Shown here piece after piece: positions 49,881 to 61,900 of a stretch of DNA of 64,000 bases (positions are counted from its first letter, which is position 1; each line of letters starts with the position of its first letter). The notes beneath the pieces were generated by a model. That model saw only the letters and a list, made by a program, of their open reading frames with translations. It ran no database searches and was not told the DNA's origin. The position numbers were made by a program, and so were the translations under genes. Source of the stretch: Macrostomum lignano (Eukaryota); the NCBI GenBank assembly GCA_002269645.1, contig NIVC01000903.1, positions 396,459 through 460,458 of the forward strand, read 5' to 3'.

Positions 49881-51234
49881 TTGAGAGGCTGAGTTGGAGT
49901 TAGTTACTCAGGATTAAATGCGAAGGGTTATCAACTGACATCAAGCACTTCCCGCTGTCGAACCGGCCTCCCCTTAATCAGAAAGTGGCGCTTTGATCCC
50001 AATGGACCGCGCACAGATAGCATTTGTCGTTGCAAAGGCTCGCTTTAAAGAACTGAGTCACGATCGATAACACCAAGGGGATAAGGGAGTGCAAACAGAG
50101 GCTGGCATCCCAGCCTGAGTCTGGTGGTGGGGGGGGGGGGAATGGGGAAGTTTTCCCTGACAAAAAACGGCTTTCAAACACTGAATGCAAGGGGAAAATA
50201 GAAATTGTCCCCCCGATTGGGGGTGGTGGCTCAGCAGCCACAGCAGCATCTGGAGGGGGAAGGGGGGGACATTTTGGCGTGGGAAAAGCGAAATGGCGGC
50301 TCCGCCAGCAAGTTGCCGAGGCCAGGAGGCGCAGAGAGAAGTCACTCGCAAAGGGAAACTTTCCTCTCCTCCCGAACTCCTTTCTGTCCGGCCAAGCGCC
50401 TCATCGCCCGATGGGGCTGGCTGGTCGCATTTCCCGGCGCTTTGCTAAAGCTGTTCCCCCCCTTTTTTCACAATTTTTTCTCGGCTTACCAACCCACCCC
50501 ATCAACCTCGGGGTAGTCTCTTTCCAGAATCTGCTTCTCGGCTGCCTCGCCCCGACCAAACTCCTGTCTGCTTTCCCAGAGCCCGTAGCAGCAGCAGCAG
50601 CAGCAGCAGCTCTCTGAGCAGATGGCGAAGCGATGGCCCCGCCCATCCCCAGCCTCCACCGTGCACGGAAAACACGGCAGTTTAGGCAGCTTTTTGCATC
50701 CCAGGTAGGCTGTTAGTTCGGTTGGCACTATAGCTGGCAGATACAGCGGGGCAGAGGCGAGAATGTCTCACCCTGTGCCCCCCATGCTGCCTCGCAGGAT
50801 GGGGCGGGGCAGCCTGGTGATGATTGCTAAGTATGACAGCCGCTAGCTACTCCGGGTCCGGCTTCTGGTTTTTGTCTTCGCTCTGCTTTTGTTATAAAGT
50901 GCACGAATAAATTGCATCCAATTTAATGGATTAAGCTGCGGACGAAATCGCGCTAATATAGTGAAGCTGGGCCAACCCCCCCCCCAATCCGCAATTCCAT
51001 TAGAATGTCTCCATCGGCAGTCTAATAGTTGGGTTTCGTCAACTTCGTATATCTTGCCTGCAGTACTTTGTCGCACGAGAGAGTTAAAGAGGATCTAGAT
51101 AATAATTTCACTAAAACGCATACAGTTTCTGTGCTTTCAATAATAGAATTTTGTTGGTTTTAAAAAGCTGAGTTATTTGATAGGTATATTTATTCACGTT
51201 AGATGAAGCATCAGTATCACTTAATGGACGAGAT

Positions 51235-51450
51235 CGGCTTTCACATTGGGACGCAGATCGAGAAAGTCGACTCTAGGCTAGATGTACACTCGCGGATCGG
51301 AGGGGAATGAATGTACATTGGGGTAGAGAGACGCGATTGGAGAAAGTCGACTCTAGGCCAAATGTACACTTGCAGATCGGAGGTGAAGAATGTACAATGG
51401 GGGGTAGAGAGACACAGATCGAGAAAGTTGGCTCTGGGCTAGATGTACAC
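51235..51450. repeat. Diverged ~80-bp tandem repeat x~3 (GATCGAGAAAGTCGACTCTAGGCTAGATGTACACT...)
   Basis: The motif recurs at ~51257, ~51337 and ~51417. Confidence 0.7.
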
Positions 51451-52439
51451 TTGGTTCCAATTTTATTGGACTTCGATTTCAAAGACTTAAGACGGCAAGG
51501 AGTATATTTTATGAGCCTGTTCAATATTCCCGAAGGCTCTCAGCTGACTGGGCACCGAACAGCGCGGTGTTGCTGTTCAACTGCTGCTGCAATTGTAGGC
51601 GGCCAGTCCAGGCGATGAATTATGCACAAGCGTCATGTCAAGACCATGTAGTATAGCCTATACTGATACTGCACGCTCACTTTCAACCCGTGCTTAACCG
51701 CCGCACAACCCGCTGCGGTACTCGGGGGGGGGGGCATGATTAACAGCCAGCCCCCTAGAGAGGTATTAGAAGCGGCTAATAGAAGCATACGCTTATATAA
51801 GAACTGAATGCTTGTACCGTCCCTCAGCTCAGCCTAACGAGTGTCAACCCCCACCAGAGTAGGAGGGCCTCCCCTTCCCCTATCGAAGACGCCGGGGGAA
51901 CGGATCTCTTGCTGGAGGCACTACCCGCATCTCAAGGCTCTATGCAATATGCACCCATCCATCAGCTGAATTTCTGTATTCTTGTTGACGCAGAAAAAGC
52001 GGCAACAACAGCAGCAGCCCGGGTGTCGCGTGAATTTTCTGCGAGTGTTTCGATTGTCCTCTGGCTTGACAACAAAAAAGGAAGAAGGGAGAGGGGGGAG
52101 AGAGGCTAGAAAAGCACGATGAAGCTGAGCTGTCATTGTTGAGCTGGCATTATTGCCGCCAATCTGCATTTGACGCGAACCCTCTGAGCCCGTGTCTCCC
52201 GCTACCGAACCAGCTTGCTGTCTGCCTGACAGCAGAGCTGAGCTAAATACAGGCTTTTAATTCGTGATTGGGTTAGGTTAGTGTGTTGGGGTAGCTAAAG
52301 TAGTTGGATAGGGCAGTTTGGCAGTTAGCGGGGTAGGCTACTAGGGGAGGGCTGGTGGTAGCTTTTTTAATAAGAGTACTTGAATAGAGTGGTGTGTAAA
52401 TTTGTGTGGAATACTTGTCAAAGTAGCTGAGTGGAGTCG

Positions 52440-53670
52440 CTAGATGAGTGGCTGTGTAGCTAGGTAGAGTAGCTGGGCAGAGTAGCTGGGTAGACTAGCT
52501 GGGTAGAGTAGCTGGGTAGAGTAGCTTGGTAGAGTAGCTGGGCAGAGTAGCTAGGTAGAGTAGCTGGGCAGAGCAGCTTGGTAGAGTAGCTGGGCAGAGT
52601 AGCTGGGTAGAGTAGCTGCGTAGAGTAGCTGGGTAGAGTAGCTGGGTAGAGTAGCTGAGTAGAGTAGCTGGGTAGACTAGCTTGGTAGAGTAGCTGGGCA
52701 GAGCAGCTGGGTAGAGTAGCTGCGTAGAGTAGCTGGGTAGAGTAGCTGGGTAGAGTAGCTGGGTAGAGTAGCTGGGCAGAGTAGCTGGGTAGAGTAGCTT
52801 GGTAGAGTAGCTGGGTAGAGTAGCTGGGTAGAGTAGCTGCGTAGAGTAGCTGGGTAGAGTAGCTGGGTAGAGTAGATAGGTAGAGTAGCTTGGTAGAGTA
52901 GCTGGGTAGAGTAGCTACGTAGAGTAGCTGGGTAGAGTAGCTGGGTAGAGTAGCTGGGTAGAGTAGCTGGGTAGAGCAGCTGGGTAGAGTAGCTGGGCAG
53001 AGTGGCTGGGTAGAGTAGCTGGGTAGAGTAGCTGCGTAGAGTAGCTGGGTAGAGTAGCTGAGTAGAGTAGCTGGGTAGAGTAGCTGGGTAGAGTAGCTAG
53101 GTAGAGTAGCTTGGTAGAGTAGCTGGGTAGAGTAGCTTGGTAGAGTAGATAGGTAGAGTAGATAGGTAGAGTAGCTTGGTAGAGTAGCTTGGTAGAGTAG
53201 CTGGGTAGAGTAGCTGGGTAGAGTAGCTGGGTAGAGTAGCTGGGTAGAGTAGCTGGGTAGAGTAGCTGGGCAGAGTAGCTGGGCAGAGTAGCTGGGTAGA
53301 GTAGCTGGAAGAGTAGCTACGTAGAGTAGCTACGTAGAGTAGCTGGGTAGAGTAGCTGGGTAGAGTAGCTGGGTAGAGTAGCTGGGTAGAGTAGCTGGGT
53401 AGAGTAGCTGGGTAGAGTAGCTGGGTAGAGTAGCTGGGCAGAGTAGCTGGGCAGAGTAGCTGGGTAGAGTAGCTGGGTAGAGTAGCTGGGTAGAGTAGCT
53501 GCGTAGAGTAGCTGCGTAGAGTAGCTGCGTAGAGTAGCTGGGTAGAGTAGCTGGGTAGAGTAGCTGGGTAGAGTAGCTGGGTAGAGTAGCTGGGTAGAGT
53601 AGATAGGTAGAGTAGCTGGGTAGAGTAGCTGGGTAGAGTAGCTGGGCAGAGTAGCTTGAGTAGAGTAGAG
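52440..53670. repeat. Minisatellite, 13-bp unit (GGGTAGAGTAGCT)
   Basis: About 94 copies. Confidence 0.97.
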
Positions 53671-53679
53671 TGAACTCAC

Positions 53680-53800
53680 CGAAAGAAGAGAGCAGCTAGC
53701 GACGCAATCTTGAATGCGCGGTTCTGCACTTTGCCGGGGCGCCCGTGTGGCGAATGCGCGATTAAAACTCTGTCAGTCGGTCAGCAAACCGATCTATGCG
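53680..53800 (-). other. Possible non-coding 5' exon (of PKG) ending at a strong donor
   Basis: Minus-strand TTCG|GTGAGT at 53680/53679, immediately followed by the 13-bp array. The exon's 5' boundary is unknown. Confidence 0.3.
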
Positions 53801-56800
53801 GTAATTCTCAGCGCTCGACTCTCGGTAGAGGCCCGGGGTATCTCTCGGGGTTAAGTTCTCCCGCTAGTTCTTGAAGGCGAATCCCGCTGGCTGGCGAGCT
53901 GCTGCCATTCTTCTTATTGTCCGCCCCAGCCAGCCTCCCCTCCCATAGGATGGAGGCTGGGAGCCAAGCGGAAGAGATTGAGCTGAACGCGGAGCCGATG
54001 ATGGGACCGCGGACTCGCATTGGCCTCCCCACCCCCCTGCCCGGCCCAGTCGCTCGCGTAAACACATGCGTATACTACTCATATGGAACCGAGAGGAGAT
54101 CACGCGAGATTGCAAGAGGGAGGGAGAGAGAGAGAGAGAGAGTTGAGTTGCTAAGCCATATTCGTACAGCAGATTTGGATGGATAGATTTTGTGTCTGGC
54201 CCTATAAAGCATTGCTGCCTTAGAAACACAAACCAAAATGAAAGTTTCTGCATGGCCAGATAAGCCATGATGCTGTTGCAGTCCTGGGACTGAGCACTCT
54301 GTCTGTCTGACTGACTCCCGCGCACTTCATCATTATGCTCATGCCACCGCTTGTTTACACTTTTTAAGCTGCCTTCTCTGGAGTCTGCATTGGTTCTTAC
54401 TTAATCGACGTGGTGAAAAAATTCCAGCTGCTCAAGCTCAGGGGACACCATGTGACTATTAAATATTGATGATGGGTTGGCACCGCAGCTTCGCCCATCA
54501 TCCCCTTTCTGCGAATCATGTTGGGGCTGCAACGCAATAGCAATTGCAGAATCGAAATTTCGGTTGAATGTTATTTTTAAAAATTATGCTCCAATGTTAC
54601 GATTTTTCCTATTGCGAAAGTAATTTTCTATACATATCGGACGCGAGTGGCCAACTTTTAGAATTTACAATCTAATAGATGGAGTGAAGAGACTGAAACG
54701 GCTAGTGCGAGCAGTTCATCTGGAAAAGTACATATAGTCAATTTTTGCCCTGTTTTGCCTGGCAATGAATTTATTATTATTTTTATTACCCTCTATACCC
54801 ACTTACACTGCCACTACACTACCGCTGTTGCCAGTGCCGTAAAAGCCGTGCGCACCGACCAGACGGCCCCATTAGTGCTGTGGTGCCTCTAAATGAACTC
54901 TGCCAGATTTTCTGAATTGCCCAAACCCCTCTTCTTCATCGATTTTTATGGCTAGAGATCTTTCGTTTATGTACTTGCTTCCGGCATTAGCTTATACATG
55001 TATATTATTAAAACTGATATTGGATGAACTGCAATTCAAGGTCAAATTCGAGTGTACGAAATTTAACCCATTTTAACAGTAGAACTACATGTGGGGATTC
55101 GACCCCAGCCCAGCAGTTGATTTGCCCACTGTCGAGGCTTGATTAGTGAAACTCGAGAAATTCACATCAGGGTGTCCATAGTCACTTGGTGCCACCTGGA
55201 AGGTCCAGAAGCTCCGCCTGGGTGAAGGCTAGTGACCAATGAAGTCAGAGCTGGTGCAGACACATGTGGTCGACGTGCTGGTGAAATTTGGAGGCTTGGC
55301 AAGGCTGCACTGAGGCGCAGTGCTGATTGGCGCACAGGCAAGCGATGTCTTAAGCCGTCAATCTTGTTTTCATTTTTGATGTCTCGTAGTTTGTATTTTC
55401 ATTGGCTGTCCCCACTCGCCTGGGTTCAGTCCAATCATATCTCTAGCCGCGGAGGCCCCTGATTGGCTAGCCATTTTCGAGCTAGATGGCTCGACTCTCG
55501 CTTTCCAATTTCTTGCTCTCCCCCAAAGTTAGCGACAGTAGAATGAAATAGTGAACTGATTCAAGTATTTGCTCGTTAATTTAGTTTTCGTACCGGATAA
55601 TCTTCCTCCACTAAATCCTCAGTCTTCACTCGGGTCTGAGAAGTGTCTGTACGCCTCCAGACCGGTGTTCAACTCTCTGTCGCTGCCGAGTGGCCTTGGC
55701 TAGCTTCATCATCCGCGCCTCCCTCTTGTCGTAGAGCTGCACGAGTGTTAGTACGCTCCCAGCTCATCCACTTCCGCCCCGGAGTGTCTGTAATGCACTC
55801 GGCAGGCTCTGGGCAGTCCAGTAAACCGAACTCGCGACCGCCCTGCCTGCGTCCGCAGGGACGGTAGCGGTAAGCATTTACCGTAAATGCAACAACTATC
55901 GCCCCGCCCCATGGGTCGCTTCATAAGACTCTTTCTAACTGATTACTTGACAAGCTTTGAGATCTGCTTCCGGTTAGAGACAATAAAAAAACTTTTTCTT
56001 TTAGTTAGTAAAGTTTCCGCTTAAAAAGTGGCCACCAAGAGGGGGTTTCTAGGAATTTAAATTAACTAACCGGAACTTAAATACCGGATCAAGAGTTTGC
56101 GGAGGGGCATCAGAGCGGTATGAGAGATGGAGATCAGCTTAGGGGGTATTCCAGCTTCCCAGTGCAGAGGAATGCATACTCACGCCCCGCCTATGGATCG
56201 AGTGAGAGAGAGGAGAGAGATGAAGGAGAGGCCAAGGGGAGGCTGGGCCGGCTCTCTGACGGACGATGATGAGGCTTGACTTTAATTTATCAAGCAATCC
56301 CGACAAGCAAGCGCCCCTATCAAAGCAGCAAGGCTGGCGTATGCGTGCCGGGGGACATAAGAAGCCACGCGTCAGACACGCAAGCTTAGAGTAGAAAGTA
56401 CTTGAGCGGAGAGAGTTCATGGGCTATTTAGCGCGGTGCATCAGTATTGCATTCGCAACCGGAATTGCACCACACGGCTGGCTTAAATTCAATTTAAATA
56501 GACGAAGGAATGAAAGCCCAAAAAAGCACTTTTATATAGAGTTCGTATGTATGTATATATTGATAGAATTTTTCACCATGCCTACTGCCACTCAGAAGCG
56601 ATTGTCAGTAGCATAAAACGAAAAGAAATAGTTAAATACGCTCGTATATTTATTCACAATTAGATAAAAAGCAAGCCATAGCAGTTTGAATTGAGCGTGC
56701 ATGAAAGACAGGTTGGGCTGAACAAGACATCAATTAAGTTAATACAAGCCAATGTAAGTCAACGAGAAGCAAGCGGGCTGGAATAACGGTAAAAAGCTAC

Positions 56801-56881
56801 ATGAACACAATGTACTTTAAAACAGATAAAAAATTGCAGGGGAAGTGCGCATCTGCTGCTTGTTTTGTTCATTTAAGCGTT

Positions 56882-59800
56882 TTAAGCAACGCCGAAATGA
56901 ACCGATTTCGGGCGTCGGCCGGCATTCAATCGGCTGCGTTCGATTTCGCCAAAGGCTCGAATTCTACGGAATAGCCAATAGCCGGCGCAGAGCAGCAGGC
57001 ACAGGACGTACAGGCCGAGCCAGTAGAACCTGCGGCAGTGCGGATTTGCGTTCAAGGTGACTTCATAGCTTGGGCATGAAAAACAACATTATAGCTAGTA
57101 TTTAAGGTGTGTCTCAGTTCCAGGTGTGGCTGAGCTCAGGGTGTGTCCCAGTTCCAGATGTGGCTGAGCTCAGGGTGTGTCCCAGTTCCAGGTGTGGCTG
57201 AGCTCAGGGTGTGTCCCAGTTCCAGGTGTGGCTGAGCTCAGGGTGTGTCCCAGTTCCAGGTGTGGCTGAGCACAGGGTGTGTCCCAGTTCCAGGTGTGGC
57301 TGAGCTCAGGGTGTGTCCCAGTTCCAGGTGTGGCTGAGCACAGGGTGTGTCCCAGTTCCAGGTGTGGCTGAGCTCAGGGTGTGTCCCAGTTCCAGGTGTG
57401 GCTGAGCTCAGGGTGTGTCCCAGTTCCAGGTGTGGCTGAGCTCAGGGTGCGTCCCAGTTCCAGGTGTGGCTGAGCTCAGGTGTCTAACAGTGCATACCTG
57501 GACACCAGCCAGAGGCTAACACAGGTGTCTCACAGTGCACACCTGGACACCAGCCAGAGGCTAACACAGGTGTCTCACAGTGCATACCTGGACACCAGCC
57601 AGAGGCTAACACAGGTGTCTCACAGTGCATACCTGGACACCAGCCAGAGGCTAACATAGCAGACGCGGCCGTCGCTCTCCCGCACGGCCAGGTAACCGTA
57701 GGCCACCTCCAGAGTGCCCATCCGGTAGGAGCAGGTGGGCGAGCCGATCTCGTACACTATGCCGTCAGTGAGGGTGAACTTTGCCGAATCGAGCGGCTCA
57801 GTGGCGTAGGGTCCCCCTCGCTTGTCAGGATAGGGCGCCACAGTCTCGGCGCCGGCGGGTGACCAGCAGCCGTCGCAGCGCAGCGCAAAGGCCCGATGCC
57901 TGTGACCGGTGATGACCAGGTGAGGCCGGAGCAGGCGCAACAGGTGTCTAAACTGGGTTGGCCGCTGGGTAAGCAAATTGGCGTGATTGGCTAGGATGCG
58001 AAATCCGACCGATCCGGTCTCCGGTGTGTCTGCAATTAGCACCGGTTTATACTACTTAGTAAGTAGCTTAAAATACTCCGCATTTGATTCAATATTAGTC
58101 AGTTGGCTGCCGTGCGATTCACGCTCTCATGAGGGCACAGAGAGTGTACATGCCTGACGATTAGAAAGTCAGGGCCGATGTACACCCTGTGTGAGCGTGT
58201 GTATGACAGCTTGCTAATTGGTTCAGCAATAATGTACATTAGCCAGTCCACTAAAATGTACATGGCAGCTTTAGGCTGGAATTCCGAGAGAGGCAATAAA
58301 AATTGGGTGGGGCCGGGGGAGTGTGGAAAGGCGCGGTTGGAGGGTTTAAGCTGGGGGTTAAGAGCCAATAAATGAGGCAATGAGCGTTAGCTTTAAAAAT
58401 ACATTAAAATGCTTCAGTTTAATTTACTACTGAGCTGAAAGTAGTTTGCACGCAAATGTTCTGAGTGGCCCATCTAGTTATTCTAGTATGTGTGGTTAGT
58501 AGGAAAATGCCATCGATAGCACCACGACCCTCCCTGCGAATATTTCTATCAAACTTTTAAATCTTTCTGAAATTGATCTCTGCCAGGCGGCTTACTGGGC
58601 GCCAGGTGCGCGTAGGCGGACGCAACGTGGCGTTCGATCTCCCGCTGGCTGCCAAACGCATCGGCGTAGAAGCGCAGCCACAGCAGCCGCATGGACTGGC
58701 CGGCCTTGGCCGAGCCCTCCAGCCGGCCGAACTGTCTCTCGTAGTCGGCCACCCGGCCGGAGCTGACTGGCTCGGCCTCGCCGCCAACGTCATTGTCGCC
58801 AGCCAGGATGAGGCGGCGGCGCTTCGGCCAGAGGAACAGGCCGCGGAATCTGGCCGTGTAGTCGGACAGGGCGGCCGGCGGCGCGGACAGGCCTTCGTCG
58901 ATGAGGTCGCCAGGAAACAGCAGAGTGGAAGGCTTGGCGGCGCTCAGTGCGGCGGAGTAGCCTTTGTAGAGGAACCTGCGACGGGCCATGGATTAATAAA
59001 TTCTATATTTATGGACCTGAGATAAGGGATCAAAGCCTCCACACCAGTTTACCTGTCCGCGTCCCATCTGGTCAGCCAGCCGAGCACTTGGCTCTCGTCC
59101 CGGTAGCCCTGAATTTGCGGATCCGACGCAATCAGAAAGGTGACGTCTCCCTCAGGTGGGCCACTGAAGATTGAAATTAAATATTTAGTACTAGCGATAA
59201 AAATAGACATACTTTTAATTGTTCATATTGGTAGCAAGTAGAGAAAGTAAAAGTAAAAAGTACAGAAGGGCAATTAAGGTGGGCTATATGTACAGAAGGG
59301 CAATTAAGGTGGGCTAGGTACAGAAGGGCAATTAAGGTGGGCTATATGTACAGAAGAACAATTAAGGTGGGCTATAGGTACAGAAGGGCAATTAAGGTGG
59401 GCTATAGGTACAGAAGGGCAATTAAGGTGGGCTAGGTACACAGAAGGGCAATTAAGGTGGGCTAGGTACACAGAAGGGCAATTAAGGTGGGCTAGGTACA
59501 CAGAAGGGCAATTAAGGTGGGCTTGGTACACAGAAGGGCAATTAAGGTGGGCCAGGTACATAGAAGGGCAATTAAGGTGGGCTAGGTACACAGAAGGGCA
59601 ATTAAGGCGGGCTAGGTAAGGAATATATAGAAATGCAAGGAATGTCAGACACAGTTAAGTTGTAAAACTCTTTTACTACTTAATGAACAGTAGCGTAACA
59701 GCACAAATATTGACATAACGATAAAGTGCGACCCTAACATCTCAATAAGAAAATGTTACCTAATTTTACATATCGATAGTCCAATTTATACGAGCTTAAA

Positions 59801-59989
59801 CACAGGTGAAGCCGTCATTTGATAATCTTTTGAATGGAACAGCACTCACCAAATGCTGGAAATTTTCCACCACCAAGCCCAGGAATAGTAATAGTATATA
59901 ATTAGCTCGTTGAAGAGAACTGCAGCAAAAATAATTTTCAATTCCATCGGCCAGCTGGCCAGCCAGGTCCGCAGTTTGGACAATTTCAT
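56882..59989 (-). CDS. MPPE1/Cdc1-like membrane metallophosphoesterase. Exons 59989-59850, 59163-59053, 58975-58596, 58029-57633, 57029-56882
   Basis: N-terminal TM (LFNELIIYYYY), ASDPQIQG, WDADRFL, GDLIDEG, GDNDVGGE, NH, GHRH, PTCSYRMG, C-terminal TM (SRFYWLGLYVLCLLLC). Junction phases are consistent. Confidence 0.85.
57105..57480. repeat. Intronic minisatellite, 34-bp unit (CAGTTCCAGGTGTGGCTGAGCTCAGGGTGTGTCC)
   Basis: About 11 copies. Confidence 0.95.
57485..57656. repeat. 45-bp tandem repeat spanning an exon/intron junction, x~4
   Basis: The minus-strand unit GTTAGCCTCTGGCTGGTGTCCAG|GTATGCACTGTGAGACACCTGT contains the exon end and the donor. Confidence 0.9.
58090..58492 (-). mobile_element. 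Dispersed non-autonomous repeat in the metallophosphoesterase intron (family of 29894-30332)
   Basis: Reverse-complement homology to 29894-30180 and to 37712-37770. Confidence 0.7.
59270..59620. repeat. Intronic minisatellite, ~30-bp unit (CAGAAGGGCAATTAAGGTGGGCTAGGTACA)
   Basis: About 11 copies. Confidence 0.95.
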
Positions 59990-60084
59990 TGCGGCGTCAG
60001 CAGCTGGCAATAGCAAATCTGGCGGTAATAAATTACAGCTGCCAGTTGATGGGATAAGAAGGAATGATGCAATGCATCCAGCTA

Positions 60085-61420
60085 CGAGGTGTATTCAAAA
60101 AGCTCTTTTCGTTTATTTTATCATTTATTTTTAGAAAGCTTTGTAAACAGAATTTTAGCGATTTGACCAAGTTATGACCTAAGCGTTCCTAGGGTTTTAA
60201 GCCTCAGTTTTCAACTATGTTTGAGCAGCGAACATTTTTATCAGCTACCACTCAATTTCTTGACCATGGCTGAATCATTTTCAAAGTAAGACATTCAAAG
60301 CTTGATGAAGTTTCCGTTTCTGCAAGGAAAAAAGCCACCGGATATGTTTAGGGAGCTTCAGCAAGTGCTTGGCAACTGTGCACCAACTGAGCAGACATTT
60401 CGAAAATGGTACCGGCTGTTCGCTGAGGGAAGAGAGAGCGTTGGGGACAATGATCGCTCTAAAAGGCCGATGACTGCAACCTATGAGACTGTTGTGAAGA
60501 AAGTACAAGAGCTCCTGGATGATGATCGGCTACGGACTTGCGAAGAGTTGGGAGAAGACGTTGGTGTGTCAGCAGGAAGCGTCCACACAATTCTGACTGA
60601 GCGTCTTCACCTGCAGAAAAAGTTCTGCAAGTGGGTGCCACACCTGCTGACAGGTGAGCAAAAGATGCAGTGAACTCTGGCTTCAAGCAGCCACCTGTGT
60701 CGGTTCCATCGAGAAGGGGAGGATTTTCTATCGAGAATTGTTGCTGGAGACGAGACGTGGGTTTACAGCTGGGATCCTGAGACAAAGGCCCAGTCTGCCG
60801 AATGGCTTCCAGCATATTCTCCAAGACCTCAGATAGCCATCAGGAAGCAGGGTGCGCTGAAGATCATGCACGTCATGTTTTTTATTCCCAAGGAATCCTG
60901 CTGAACTGGGCAGTCCCACAAGGAACCACCGTCAATGGGGACTACTAAAAGTGGATACTGCAGGAGTTGCGCCCAGCAATAGGAAAGAAGCGCCCCTGGT
61001 CTGCTGGAACCTAGCATGATTCTGCTGCACGACAATGCGCCAGCACATCGCAAGCACAACGTTGTGGAACTCCTGAGCAAATGGGGCTGAGAAGTGCTCC
61101 AACATCCCTCTTAGTCGCCTGATTTGTCGACGTGCGATTTTTTCTTATTTCCATTTGTGAAGAGGCACCTTCGGGGCATTCGATTCGACAGCGTCGAGCA
61201 CATCGAAGCTGCTTGCAGTCAAGCTGTTCGCCAAACGGACGCGAGTGGTGTGAGTTCCAGATTAACAGAGGTCTGGTACATCGCTGGCAGAAGTGCAAAG
61301 ACATTGGCGGTGAATATATTGAGTGACAGAATCATGTTAAACAATCTGTGTTTTCATGGTTCCAGTTGTTTTGTGTTCAGTTTTGTATGGCACCGAAAAG
61401 AACTTTTTGAAAACACCTCG
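60085..61420 (+). mobile_element. Full-length but inactivated mariner (DD34D) transposon
   Basis: TA|CGAGGTGTATTCAAAAAGCTCTTTTCG ... CGAAAAGAACTTTTTGAAAACACCTCG|TA; 1336 bp. Transposase motifs WVPHLL, GDETW, HDNAPAH and SPDLSTCDFFLF are broken by stops and frameshifts. Confidence 0.95.
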
Positions 61421-61431
61421 TATTTTGAATG

Positions 61432-61900
61432 CTAATGGGGAAAGCTAAAAAACTGATGGGGAGCTAAGGGGCTAATGAGCAGAGCTAAGTGGCTGATGGG
61501 GTCGGGAAGAGCTAAGTAGCTAATGGGGAGAGCTAAGTGGCTGATGGGGTCGGGAAGAGCTAAGTGGCTAATGGGAGAGCTAAGTGGCTGATGGGAGAGC
61601 TAAGTGGCTAATGGGAGAGCTAGGTAGCTAATGGGGAGAGCTAAGCAGCTAATAGGGAAAGCTAAGTGGCTAAATGGGGAGAGCTAAGTGGCTGATAGGG
61701 AGAGCTAAGTGGCTAATAGGGAAAGCTAAGTGGGTAATAGGCAAGCTAAGTGGCTAATGGAGAGCTAAGTGGCTAATCGGGAAACCTAAGTGGCTAATCG
61801 GGAAACCTAAGTGGCTAATGGGGAGAGCTATAAAGTGGCTAACTGAGGAAGCTAAGTAGCTAATGGGGACCGTACAGTGGCTAATAGGGGTAGTAACTAA
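61432..61900. repeat. Degenerate minisatellite, ~21-bp unit (GGGAGAGCTAAGTGGCTAATG)
   Basis: Direct tandem copies. Confidence 0.9.

Noticed and set aside
55640-55870. GC-rich stretch possibly from a decayed retroelement
   Set aside because: No recognisable motif in any frame.
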